A stretch of DNA of 64,000 nucleotides, taken from IMG/VR virus record IMGVR_UViG_3300037400_003033, positions 747 to 64,746 of that record, one strand, 5' to 3'. A program made the translations under genes and the position numbers. Below the pieces are notes generated by a model. The model did no database searches and was not told where the DNA came from. It worked only from the letters and a program-made list of their open reading frames with translations. Positions 43,356 to 52,755 of this stretch are shown one piece after another; position 1 is the first letter of the stretch, and the number at the start of each line of letters is the position of its first letter. The stretch comes from a virus (lineage: Duplodnaviria; Caudoviricetes).

Positions 43356-43493
43356 AATTCCATTTCTAACAAGATTTGAAATCTGTTCTACTAAATCTGT
43401 ATCTGGATTAGTAATTGTTATAGACTCATAAGCAGGAATTCTTCTTCCGTTTGTTAATGTTACTACTTTATTTGTTTTGTTTGTTACTTTCAT
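43338..43493 (-). CDS. 51-aa protein between tail-completion and sheath genes
   Basis: GGAG RBS; MKVTNKTNKVVTLTNGRRIPAYESITI..; not in track. Confidence 0.65.
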   Translation of the reverse strand: MKVTNKTNKVVTLTNGRRIPAYESITITNPDTDLVEQISNLVRNGILEASF

Positions 43494-43502
43494 CTTTTCT
43501 CC

Positions 43503-44105
43503 TTAATATTTTTCCAAAGCGTAAATATGTGAATTTATAGAGCCTATAAACTTATCATTAACTCCGATAGGGTAGTCAAAATAAGCTCTTGCTATTTCTA
43601 TTGTTCCAGTTCTTGTTGTTATTTTATCCTTATCTGTTTCAATTTCAACCGAAGATTCATTCTCAAAATCTTTAGCCTCCATTGTTACCCACTGTCCATT
43701 TAATTTTGTGGCGTATGGTCTATTAAAGGGCATACCCATAACAATCTGCATTTGGAGTAAATCACCTTGACTTTCTTTAATAGCGTTAATTGTTACTTTG
43801 TATTGAAGTTTGGCAATTACTGGTGCTCTAAAGCGATAAGTTTTATCAATCAATAATTCTTTATAACCACCTAACTGCTCTTCTGGGTTTATTTCTATTC
43901 CAGACAAATAAAAGGAAATAAGTGGACCTGGCTTCTGACCATTTTCTGTATTTTGAGAATAACGTGCGAATGCGACTGGCGGAGTAGCGTAAATAATTTG
44001 AACCGCATCGTTACCTTCCCCCATATTATAATCATGAGTTATTGTTTCTAATGCTTTCTTTACAGTTAAGGCATACTCCTCAAATGTTTCAAACTTGTCT
44101 TCCAT
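43503..44105 (-). CDS. Tail completion / sheath terminator (T4 gp15-like)
   Basis: VQIIYATP, PLISFYLSGIE, PVIAKLQYKVTI; position before sheath. Confidence 0.55.
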   Translation of the reverse strand: MEDKFETFEEYALTVKKALETITHDYNMGEGNDAVQIIYATPPVAFARYSQNTENGQKPGPLISFYLSGIEINPEEQLGGYKELLIDKTYRFRAPVIAKLQYKVTINAIKESQGDLLQMQIVMGMPFNRPYATKLNGQWVTMEAKDFENESSVEIETDKDKITTRTGTIEIARAYFDYPIGVNDKFIGSINSHIYALEKY

Positions 44106-44671
44106 TAATTTCCTTCTGTTATATATTTTTGTGCTTGCGCCTGAAAAGCACTAGCAATTGTTTTTGCTGTTGCTAAATCATAAAACGCTTTAATTCTTTG
44201 ATAAGCCTCGTTTCCTGGAGTTGGTGTACTTGAAGGTATCATACCAGTTTTCTTTATGATTTCTTGACAAAGAACTTGCTTTATTTCATAAGAAGTTTGT
44301 TTATCTCTTGGAAGATTTTTAAAATCTTCAACTGCTTGTTTCCAATCTTCTTTATTAATGTTTTCAAAAACATCTTTTAAGTCTTCAGCATATTTTTTTC
44401 TTGCTTGCTCCATTTTGTTCATTTGTTCTTTTACGATTGGAGCATTCTTTTCTTTTTTAAAAATTCCTGGAAAACTTTCTCTTGCATTTCCTAATGTATT
44501 CTTAAAAGAATTAGCAACAGATACACCGCCCTTAAATAACATTGCAGTTACCCAAGCAGACAAAAGTCCAGCAGAACCAATTCCTAATATTTTTCCTATA
44601 ACACTAAAAAGTCCTTCTTCAAGAACTTCATTTGCCTCTTTTTCTTCGTAATATTCTTTGAAAGTTTTCAT
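44105..44671 (-). CDS. Putative head-packaged protein with hydrophobic helix
   Basis: MKTFKEYYEE..VLEE then GLFSVIGKILGIGSAGLLSAW. Confidence 0.6.
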   Translation of the reverse strand: MKTFKEYYEEKEANEVLEEGLFSVIGKILGIGSAGLLSAWVTAMLFKGGVSVANSFKNTLGNARESFPGIFKKEKNAPIVKEQMNKMEQARKKYAEDLKDVFENINKEDWKQAVEDFKNLPRDKQTSYEIKQVLCQEIIKKTGMIPSSTPTPGNEAYQRIKAFYDLATAKTIASAFQAQAQKYITEGN

Positions 44672-44681
44672 TTTTACCTCG

Positions 44682-45080
44682 TTATAACAAATCTCTCAAA
44701 CCTTTGTTTTTATTCTTTGATAAAATTCTAGCTGCAGAAGTTGAGAATCCACCATATACATATGCTCTCCATTCTGGGGCATCTTCATCTTCTCCAAATC
44801 TCTTTGTTGCTATTCTAGATAATTTATCATAAAGTTTTTGAGAGTCTTCAGATTTTAAATATTTTTTTATTTCACTTCTTGAAGCATAAGCGTTAAATCT
44901 ATGGCTTATTTTATTTTGAATTTGAGAAACTAATCTTTCATTTCCTGGAGTTGCTCCACCAGAGTAATCCCAATATGTTTTACCTTTTTCTATATAAGAA
45001 CCCCTTTTGTTTCCTTTATAGTCTGGTTTATGAGTATAGTTTCTTTTTTCAAGTAATAAACCAATATCTTCAAATTTCAT
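44682..45080 (-). CDS. Putative head-packaged protein
   Basis: MKFEDIGLLLE N-terminus. Confidence 0.6.
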   Translation of the reverse strand: MKFEDIGLLLEKRNYTHKPDYKGNKRGSYIEKGKTYWDYSGGATPGNERLVSQIQNKISHRFNAYASRSEIKKYLKSEDSQKLYDKLSRIATKRFGEDEDAPEWRAYVYGGFSTSAARILSKNKNKGLRDLL

Positions 45081-45541
45081 TACATCTGTCCTAAAGCTTC
45101 TTGAGTGCTTACAGAAGGCTCGCTTTCTGTAGCGTCATTGCCTTCTACTTCTCCCCTATTCTCTGTTTCAGTAGAAGCTTCTTTTGGGGCTTCTTGACCA
45201 CCAAACAAATCATCTAATTCTTTTTTATAATTTTCTAAAGCGGTAAAAGCAGCCTTCTTTAATTCTTTGATAAGTTCTGGTTTTATTTCTTCTGGAATTT
45301 TATTTTCTCTTGGGGAACCAATCATACCGCTATCGCAAACTTTTTCACAACATCCGTAAACACCAAAGCGGCTTGCTTCTCCATTAACTATTCCAAGAAT
45401 AGAACCCTGAAGTCTTTCTAAGAAATAAGAAGTTCCAAATTGCTGATTTCCTATTCTGCTTTTAAGTGCTTTTACAGCAAAAATCTTTTTTAATTGATCG
45501 GAAGCGTTTGTATTACTACCAAGTATTTCATCCAAAGTCAT
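45080..45541 (-). CDS. Hypothetical protein
   Basis: TAATG coupling. Confidence 0.75.
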   Translation of the reverse strand: MTLDEILGSNTNASDQLKKIFAVKALKSRIGNQQFGTSYFLERLQGSILGIVNGEASRFGVYGCCEKVCDSGMIGSPRENKIPEEIKPELIKELKKAAFTALENYKKELDDLFGGQEAPKEASTETENRGEVEGNDATESEPSVSTQEALGQM

Positions 45542-45843
45542 TAGTTTGCCTCCTGCACTGAACCAAATAGTTCTTCTAATTCTTTTTTTGTGTTTTCATA
45601 ATCTTTATAAACTTTTTCTTTAAGTTCTGAAAACAACTGTGTTTTTTCTTCATCTTGTAAACTTCCATTCTCTAAAATGTTTTGAATTATATTTGTAATT
45701 TGATAATCTACACTTAAACCACTTACTTGTCTTTTTATTGAAGATATTATTGTTTTCTTCAATAACAAAGAATTTATTCCTTTATTTGAATTACCTTCAA
45801 GTGATTGTTTAATAACTTCTATACTAAGCATTGTTTTCCTCAA
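45541..45843 (-). CDS. Hypothetical protein
   Basis: GAGG RBS; AAGTTAA upstream. Confidence 0.75.
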   Translation of the reverse strand: MRKTMLSIEVIKQSLEGNSNKGINSLLLKKTIISSIKRQVSGLSVDYQITNIIQNILENGSLQDEEKTQLFSELKEKVYKDYENTKKELEELFGSVQEAN

Positions 45844-45870
45844 AATTAACTTTGTTTTTTTAATTAACCA

Positions 45871-46926
45871 TTAACCTATATTAAAAAATTTATAAGTACC
45901 TCTAGTATAATCGCCAATACCAGAACCGTTTCCAGTAATATTCAAACAATTACTTTCTACTTTGGCGTCAGCAGTATTTACTCTTGTGTCGTCCCAGCTT
46001 CCATCATATCTAACTGATGGAAGCCAATCAGTATTCCAATACGTCATAGCACAAATACATCTATGCCAAGCACCATATTCATGATAACCATTTTGGCTTA
46101 TGAATGGGCCGCTCACATAGTGCTGAGTTCTTTGTTCGTAAACAGGGATTAATGTTATTTTAGCAACCCATCTAACAACAGTTTTCCAAAATCCACCCAA
46201 AAAATCACTAATCCAAGATCTATGTGATTCTTCATGTCCACGGTCTTCTTCTCTATTAAATAGAAAATATTGTCCAGAATGATATTCTACGCTACAATGT
46301 GCGGTTTCGGCACTTGGATTTAAAAAAACATTAAAATCATTTATATTGCTATAACCAGTTGTTTTAACATCTCCAGAACCTTCTTCTTCATGATTAAAGC
46401 ACTGACTTATCCATGATGTATGCCATTCTTGGTCACCATTAGAAACAAAAGAACAGCCAGCTTCTCCATCTACATGTAAAGATCTGTTATTAACAGGATA
46501 CCAATCTGCGCCGCCGAAATTTCCAGAAATTCCTGTACTATTTTTTGATTTACCTCTAAGAAAAACTCTTACTCCAGCACTTACTCCTAAAAAACGATAT
46601 TTGATACCATTATCACCGTCAGTAGTATCTATAACTAATCCTTTCCTATGAGAAACTGGACGATAAAAATTCGTATCATCTTTTGCAAAATATAACGATT
46701 TACTTCCCATCACAACATCGTTTGTTTTAGGGTCTGTCTGATATTCATTTGTTTGTGTTGCCCTATTATATGTTTTTGGAATACAAGCGTTTTTATAACT
46801 ATTATGATTAAGTGTTAAACTTCCAATATCTGAATAATATGCTACAAATGGAGCTCTGTTTAATAACTCCAAGGCGCCAACCTCTGTATTATTTTCATCT
46901 TTTAATCTTAATATTTTATTTGCCAT
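45871..46926 (-). CDS. Hypothetical protein, possibly virion surface/fibre-related
   Basis: G/N/W-rich 351-aa ORF; AAGATAA-4-ATG start. Confidence 0.7.
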   Translation of the reverse strand: MANKILRLKDENNTEVGALELLNRAPFVAYYSDIGSLTLNHNSYKNACIPKTYNRATQTNEYQTDPKTNDVVMGSKSLYFAKDDTNFYRPVSHRKGLVIDTTDGDNGIKYRFLGVSAGVRVFLRGKSKNSTGISGNFGGADWYPVNNRSLHVDGEAGCSFVSNGDQEWHTSWISQCFNHEEEGSGDVKTTGYSNINDFNVFLNPSAETAHCSVEYHSGQYFLFNREEDRGHEESHRSWISDFLGGFWKTVVRWVAKITLIPVYEQRTQHYVSGPFISQNGYHEYGAWHRCICAMTYWNTDWLPSVRYDGSWDDTRVNTADAKVESNCLNITGNGSGIGDYTRGTYKFFNIG

Positions 46927-46961
46927 ATATTTATCTTAAAATAAAAAAAAGTTTTGTCAAT

Positions 46962-46989
46962 AAAAAAGGCTCGCTTAAAGCGAGCCTTT
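46962..46989 (-). terminator. Intrinsic terminator
   Basis: AAAGGCTCGC-ttaaa-GCGAGCCTTT with T run on - strand. Confidence 0.8.
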
Positions 46990-47007
46990 CGTTATTATTT
47001 CTTATTA

Positions 47008-48090
47008 TTAGAACATAAGAAGTTCTACACATTCTTTAACTGTTCCAACGTCTGTTGTTCCAGTTTCTTTAGAAGTATCCAAAGCATCTTTCAGAGCATT
47101 GATTTTTGAAACAAGTTTTTCATCTGTAATTTTATCAAGTGCTTTATCAAGTGCTGACTTAAGAGCATCGATATCTTTATCGTCTGTAGAAAGAGAAGCG
47201 TCTGTTTCTTCTGCACCACTTTCTTCGTCTTCTGTGATAAGATCTCTTGTTTCAGAAAGCTCTTCGCTTTCTGCGATTACATCGTTAATTCTTTCAACGA
47301 TTTCTTTTCTTGATTCCTGAAGAGTTTTATTTCCAATAACTGCAAGTCCAACAAACTCTTTAAGTTTTGTGTCTTTAACAGCCAAGAAAGCAGGGTTTTC
47401 AGAAAGAAGATCTTCCATAACTGTGTAATCACCATCCATCATATCTTCAACTGCTTCCAAGAAAGTCTTTTTGAACTCTGGGTCTTTCAAGAGTTTCTCT
47501 GCTTTTGCGTTAGCGTTTGTGATGATTGTTCTGTCTTCATCTTCGTTAATGATAGATACTCTTACAGGGTCTACCCAGTTAAAGTATTTAATTGATGAAC
47601 TTGGTGATTCTGAAATAAGTGCTTCATAGTTCTTGAAGAATGGCATATTTGCTACGTCCTGGATTTCTTCATTAATACCATCAAGTTCCACATAATTGAT
47701 TACATCACTATTTTTTCCTGCAAGAGCATTTACAACACTTTCAGAGAGTTCTGTATTCTGCTCGTCAGATTCATCTTCGAAGGCTTCTGCTAAAGCTGCT
47801 GTGTCGTAAGCGTCAGCGCTGAAATATTCCCTAGCGGCGTTAGCAAATGAGTTCTCCTCTTCTACAATTTCGATTGGGTCGAAAGATTCTAATGTAAGAA
47901 CTTTTCCGTCGAAATTATAATCTGCTGTATAAAGTGCTCCTGTCTGGGTATCAGCCATAAGAACTTTGTCAGAATATGTCTCAAGAAGAACAGCATTTGC
48001 TGATTCATTTATAAGACTTCTACAAAGTTTTTCTAAATTCTTATTGGAAAAAAGTATATAATTACTAAGTTTGCTTTTTGTAAGTTCCAT
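47008..48090 (-). CDS. Acidic prohead core / scaffold-like protein
   Basis: Many L/I-x-E motifs (LINE, LLE, LISE, LSE, ITE); near portal. Confidence 0.5.
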   Translation of the reverse strand: MELTKSKLSNYILFSNKNLEKLCRSLINESANAVLLETYSDKVLMADTQTGALYTADYNFDGKVLTLESFDPIEIVEEENSFANAAREYFSADAYDTAALAEAFEDESDEQNTELSESVVNALAGKNSDVINYVELDGINEEIQDVANMPFFKNYEALISESPSSSIKYFNWVDPVRVSIINEDEDRTIITNANAKAEKLLKDPEFKKTFLEAVEDMMDGDYTVMEDLLSENPAFLAVKDTKLKEFVGLAVIGNKTLQESRKEIVERINDVIAESEELSETRDLITEDEESGAEETDASLSTDDKDIDALKSALDKALDKITDEKLVSKINALKDALDTSKETGTTDVGTVKECVELLMF

Positions 48091-48153
48091 TGTTTTCTCC
48101 TAATATAACTTAACTTTGTTGACAAAAAAAAAGATTAAAGGTATAATCACGAT

Positions 48154-48402
48154 ATGACTGTAGAAATAAACGAAGAGCAAATACCAGAACAACAATTAAA
48201 GATTTTAACGCAAACTGCGATAAGTATTTTAAAAAAGACTAAGCAACAGTATGCTTATGTTTATTCAAGAGTAGCAAACGGGCTATATGTTGGATATTTT
48301 TATTTAGACCAAGATGTTTTTAAAAATTGTTTCTTTTTTACTGATGATATAGTTAGGAATTACATGAACATTCTTCAGGCATCACCTTCGAAAGGGCTTT
48401 AA
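48154..48402 (+). CDS. Hypothetical protein
   Basis: Promoter TTGACA 48119-TATAAT 48142, ATG near predicted start site. Confidence 0.65.
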   Translation: MTVEINEEQIPEQQLKILTQTAISILKKTKQQYAYVYSRVANGLYVGYFYLDQDVFKNCFFFTDDIVRNYMNILQASPSKGL

Positions 48403-48805
48403 TTAAATCTATACTCTTTCTTTTAATAACGTTAAAATTTCCTTTTGCTATATCAATTTTATTAATTTTAAAAGGTTTTCTGTATTCCTCTTTTATTGAT
48501 AGATTTTCTACCATAATTTCAGAGTTATTTATTTCCAGAACTTTTAAAACGTCTCCTCTCTCTAATTCTTTATAAATTTCAAGCATTGGAGAGTTATCTT
48601 TTTGCAGTAATGATTTTATTTCTTGAGAAGTTGCCAATGGTGTTGTCATTACTGTTTCATTTATTACTATATTATTTTCTTTAAGATGGTCGCTAGCTGG
48701 ATACAAAGTTGAAATAGTTTCAATTATATCTTGCTCACTAATTGCTGGAACCATCTCAGTTTCGAGTCTTTTTAAAATACTATTTATCGTGTTTCTGCTG
48801 TCCAA
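48353..48805 (-). CDS. Hypothetical protein
   Basis: 150-aa ORF directly after portal. Confidence 0.7.
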   Translation of the reverse strand: MDSRNTINSILKRLETEMVPAISEQDIIETISTLYPASDHLKENNIVINETVMTTPLATSQEIKSLLQKDNSPMLEIYKELERGDVLKVLEINNSEIMVENLSIKEEYRKPFKINKIDIAKGNFNVIKRKSIDLIKALSKVMPEECSCNS

Positions 48806-48811
48806 TTTTTA

Positions 48812-50812
48812 TTACTCTTCCTCTTCACTTAACAATCTTTCTTCTGTGATTAGTTCTTCACCCTTTCTAGTTTTAACTTTTTTATAAACTGAAAATGAAT
48901 CATTAGCAAAAGAAAGACCACCAAGTTCATTTTCATAATAAAGAGCCATTCCAGAATCATTAACTGCTTCAACTTCTTCTTTAATTAATAATTCTTTAAC
49001 TTTATTTATAAACTCATTATTTGAAAGCCCTTCCTCAACTTCTTCTTTTATAAGATTTGCCTCTTTTTCTTTTTGGTATTCTTCGTAGGCTTTCATTAAT
49101 TTAGAATAATCTTCCTTATGCTCAATAAGAATGTCTTTACCGAATGCTTTTACCATTACTTTTGGAGATAACTCTTCTGTTTGAACTGACATCATAGGTG
49201 CTGGAGCTGCTCCCATATCTGTTGGAGGCATTCCGCCTGCTCCCATATCTGCTGGAGGCATTCCGCCACCCATTCCCATTCCACCCATCATATCTCCGCC
49301 CATTCCACCTTGTTGAGCAGCAAGTGAAGCCATTTCGATATCTTTTTGAAGATTGATATCTGCAATTTCCTTCTTTGACATTTTCATTACATATTTAAGA
49401 ATAAAATCTTTAGGGAATAAATTAGTTCCAAGCATTGCAGAAATAAGAGAAATCTTTTGATTAAGATATTCAATATCCATAATCTCTTTAACGTTTGAAG
49501 GTGGTGTTAATTCAATTCTGAAATTCTTTAAATCTGCTTTTTTCTTTTTCTTAAAGAAAAGTTCAACTGCAGCAATTTTTGTAAGACCTTCTTCTATATA
49601 ATACTGAATACGTTCAATAAATCTAGCGAACTTAACATCCTGCATAGCAAGAGAGCCCTTTTGACCGCCCATTGCATTTCCATCAGAAGTAAATCCTAAG
49701 AACTCAGGTGGGATATTAAGTGTCCAAAGAAGCTCATCTCTAAACATTCTAATATCATCAATATTATTAAGACCCTGGCCAGGTTGTAATGTTGTAACTT
49801 CTGTACCTGCCTGCCCTTCTCTTGTAGGAATAAAGATATCCTGAGTAACTGAAAGAGCAGCCGCAGTTTTGTTAATATTTCCTTTATCATCCATTATTTG
49901 ATTTGAACGATAATTATTCTTTATTTTCTGTACATATCTATTTGCTTCATTAGTTGAAAGATTACCGCAGTCAATTTTAAATACTCTTCTTTCTGGTACA
50001 CGAGCCAAACGATAAATCATTACTGCGTCTTCAAGCATTGTATAACGTCTATAAGTTCTTACACCTGGGTCTAACAAAGAAAGTCCATAAGGTGCAAATT
50101 TTTTATTTGAAATCTTAAAATGAACTATCTGCCAAGGCTGAAGTTTATAAACAACTTCGTGATTCTTTTCGTCTTTTTCCATTACATTAGAATAGTCTGT
50201 ATCATCAAAAGCATCAGTTCTATAAGTGTAAAAAGCAAGTCTACCGTTCTTTTCTACACGATTTACTTTATCTGTTTTTAAGTATCTTATTCTAGCAACT
50301 TGTGTTGGATGTTCATAACTATCAGGAATAATCTCATAGAAGTTATCACCAAGTTTACAGGTTTCAATAAATATAGACCAAAGTTCTTTATTAAGGTTTA
50401 ATCTTACATGGAACAAATCGTCAAGTATATTTTTTATATCTTCATCGTTTGAATAAACCTTTACAGTATTACCTTCAACGTTTTTTTGTGTTCCATCATC
50501 TGCAATTGTTTGAAGACCTCTAGACAAGAATGGACAAGCAGCCATTTCTTCGTATGTATCATAATAAGCAGCTCTATTCTCTGGCGAAAGTCTATTATTT
50601 AATGTATTATTTTGAGAACCAAAAGCATCACCAAAACTATTAATACCACCGTCATAACCAAAGTTATTAAGGTTACTTGAGAGTTCTTTTTCTTCTTTTT
50701 TTGTAACTTCCGTTTTAGTTGTTTCTGGAAGTTCATTTATCGCATCTATTTTTTGCTGTATCTGTTGTGAATGTCTTAAATCTATAAATTGTTCTTTTCC
50801 GTTTTTAATCAC
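48812..50812 (-). CDS. Portal protein (T4 gp20-like)
   Basis: PYGLSLL, LEDAVMIYRLARVPERRVFKIDCGNL, DIFIPTREG..GTEVTTL, IDDIRMFRDEL. Confidence 0.95.
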   Translation of the reverse strand: MIKNGKEQFIDLRHSQQIQQKIDAINELPETTKTEVTKKEEKELSSNLNNFGYDGGINSFGDAFGSQNNTLNNRLSPENRAAYYDTYEEMAACPFLSRGLQTIADDGTQKNVEGNTVKVYSNDEDIKNILDDLFHVRLNLNKELWSIFIETCKLGDNFYEIIPDSYEHPTQVARIRYLKTDKVNRVEKNGRLAFYTYRTDAFDDTDYSNVMEKDEKNHEVVYKLQPWQIVHFKISNKKFAPYGLSLLDPGVRTYRRYTMLEDAVMIYRLARVPERRVFKIDCGNLSTNEANRYVQKIKNNYRSNQIMDDKGNINKTAAALSVTQDIFIPTREGQAGTEVTTLQPGQGLNNIDDIRMFRDELLWTLNIPPEFLGFTSDGNAMGGQKGSLAMQDVKFARFIERIQYYIEEGLTKIAAVELFFKKKKKADLKNFRIELTPPSNVKEIMDIEYLNQKISLISAMLGTNLFPKDFILKYVMKMSKKEIADINLQKDIEMASLAAQQGGMGGDMMGGMGMGGGMPPADMGAGGMPPTDMGAAPAPMMSVQTEELSPKVMVKAFGKDILIEHKEDYSKLMKAYEEYQKEKEANLIKEEVEEGLSNNEFINKVKELLIKEEVEAVNDSGMALYYENELGGLSFANDSFSVYKKVKTRKGEELITEERLLSEEEE

Positions 50813-50893
50813 TTCGAAACCTCGATCATCTTTTCTTTAATTAACTTGACAAAAAAACTACTTAGGTGTAAACTCTTGGCAAAGGAGAATAAG

Positions 50894-51073
50894 ATGGGTT
50901 ATAATTTTAATCTTGAACAAAATGAAGCAGAACTTTTAATGAATGCTTTACAAAACCAAACAAACGGCATACTTATGAAGATACAATCTCAGTTCGCAGA
51001 ACAAACCAAGCAGCCAGAAAAAGAAGAGGATGAGTTATTAGTGGAGGATAGCGATGGCACTAAAGGAAATTAA
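50894..51073 (+). CDS. 59-aa hypothetical protein
   Basis: Promoter TTGACA 50846-TAAACT 50869; AAGGAG RBS before ATG 50894. Confidence 0.7.
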   Translation: MGYNFNLEQNEAELLMNALQNQTNGILMKIQSQFAEQTKQPEKEEDELLVEDSDGTKGN

Positions 51074-51773
51074 TGTTAGTAAAGGGTTTGAGAATTATTC
51101 CCAAAGAAACAATGAGGTTTTGCCAAGTGTTGCTTGTGGGCCAACAAATATGGTTCAGGCGTTAGAATACTCTGGTTGGGAACTTGATAAAAATAAGCTT
51201 CCAGAACTAAGTCAGCCAGAAGACAAACTTATGAAATTTACAAGAACAAATGAAACAGTTCTTAAATATTACGAAACAAAATATAAAAACATGTATAAAA
51301 ACTGGGTTGAAGAAAGCAAAAGATTAAAAGCAGATGGACAAGAAATTTGGCAAGTAGACTGTCCAAAAGCGAATGCCCCTAACGAAGTTCATGACGTAAT
51401 GAATTTTGCTACAAATGTTTTTCTTGGTTATACACAGAAAGATATAGAAGAGGGCCATTTTGCAACTTGGTTAACAAATTTTGATGAAGATTATTTAGTT
51501 GAAATGCTAAAAAGAGGTTTACCAGTTGTTACTTCTGTAAGATTTAAAGATTTTGGACACTATATCACAATTGTTGGTGCACAGTACAAAAAAGATTTAG
51601 ATAAGAACAATATTGAAAATTATATTATTGACAACACATACGGAAGATTTGATTTTAAACGCGAAGTTTATGAAAAAACAAGTGGTAATGATAACCTATT
51701 ACCAAGAAAAGAATTACTCGCAAGAGTAAGACCAGTTATGCATTGTTTCAGGAAAGGAGCAATAGTGCTATAA
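51054..51773 (+). CDS. Peptidase C39-like protein
   Basis: YSQRNN..ACGPT (Cys), GHYITIVG (His), IIDNTYG. Confidence 0.8.
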   Translation: MALKEINVSKGFENYSQRNNEVLPSVACGPTNMVQALEYSGWELDKNKLPELSQPEDKLMKFTRTNETVLKYYETKYKNMYKNWVEESKRLKADGQEIWQVDCPKANAPNEVHDVMNFATNVFLGYTQKDIEEGHFATWLTNFDEDYLVEMLKRGLPVVTSVRFKDFGHYITIVGAQYKKDLDKNNIENYIIDNTYGRFDFKREVYEKTSGNDNLLPRKELLARVRPVMHCFRKGAIVL

Positions 51774-51774
51774 T

Positions 51775-51803
51775 AAAAAGCCCTGCAAAAGCAGGGCTTT
51801 TTT
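51775..51803. terminator. Bidirectional terminator
   Basis: AAAAAGCCCTGC-aaaa-GCAGGGCTTTTTT between convergent genes. Confidence 0.9.
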
Positions 51804-51804
51804 A

Positions 51805-52749
51805 TTAATAAGGGAAATAATCTTCTTTTATTTGCTCTTCACCAGTTTTAAGATATCTTCTTAAACCTTCATAATCTGGGTTGTTATAATCTGCTGTAAA
51901 ATAGCCAGTATAATCTTGATACTTTTCTGGGTCTTTTGGCTTTACACAAACAGCCTGTGCTGGTTTAGCAGAAGCATTAAAGTTTGCTGTTGAACCTTGA
52001 TAAAGTGTACCATTAATTAAAACAACTGGGTTTTTATAGTAATTATTTCCAGCACCACGCCAGATAATCTTAATTTGTCCTTCTGGTTTTACCCCAGAAG
52101 AAGCTAATTTCTTTACATAAGAAGACAAAGAAGTTGCACCTTCCATTGGTGGTTTATCGGTAAAAGTGTTAATCTTGTAGATAGCGTTTCTTCCAGCTCT
52201 TTCATCATGTGAAAGTGTTTTAGCATTTACGATTTCTTTACCTTCTTCTTTTGCTTTCTGAATTTTTTCAGACTTATATGCTTGACGAGTCATTCTTCTA
52301 TATGTTTCAAAAGAACCATCGTCGTCTTCCAAATCGTTCTTGTAAACATCTTCTGATACGCCTAAAGATTTTACCAAAGCAGTCAAATCCTTTACGAGTT
52401 CTGCTTTAACCTGTTCTCCACTTTCCACTTTTGATTTTTCACCTGGCTTTGGAACTGGACCAACTTCATTAGGCTCAAAAGTAATTCCAGGGGCACTCTT
52501 ATTATAGTTTCCCAAGAAATCATCAGTAATTTCTTGCCACTGTCTCCAAACATCTGCTGGGAGCTTACTCTTTTGTTTTGCCAAAGAAGTATTCAAAAGC
52601 CCCAAGAATCTCTGGAACTTTGCTTTATCATTTTTTCTTATAGCAGTAATCACTAAATTTGCATAAACAGATATGTTCTTTTTAGGATCTGCTTCTATAT
52701 CAGATTTTAAATCTTCAAGAATTAAATCAATATCCATTTTAGTCTCCAA
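51805..52749 (-). CDS. Putative head-packaged protein with YFPY tag
   Basis: LILE near N-terminus; ends QIKEDYFPY. Confidence 0.7.
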   Translation of the reverse strand: METKMDIDLILEDLKSDIEADPKKNISVYANLVITAIRKNDKAKFQRFLGLLNTSLAKQKSKLPADVWRQWQEITDDFLGNYNKSAPGITFEPNEVGPVPKPGEKSKVESGEQVKAELVKDLTALVKSLGVSEDVYKNDLEDDDGSFETYRRMTRQAYKSEKIQKAKEEGKEIVNAKTLSHDERAGRNAIYKINTFTDKPPMEGATSLSSYVKKLASSGVKPEGQIKIIWRGAGNNYYKNPVVLINGTLYQGSTANFNASAKPAQAVCVKPKDPEKYQDYTGYFTADYNNPDYEGLRRYLKTGEEQIKEDYFPY

Positions 52750-52755
52750 TATAAA

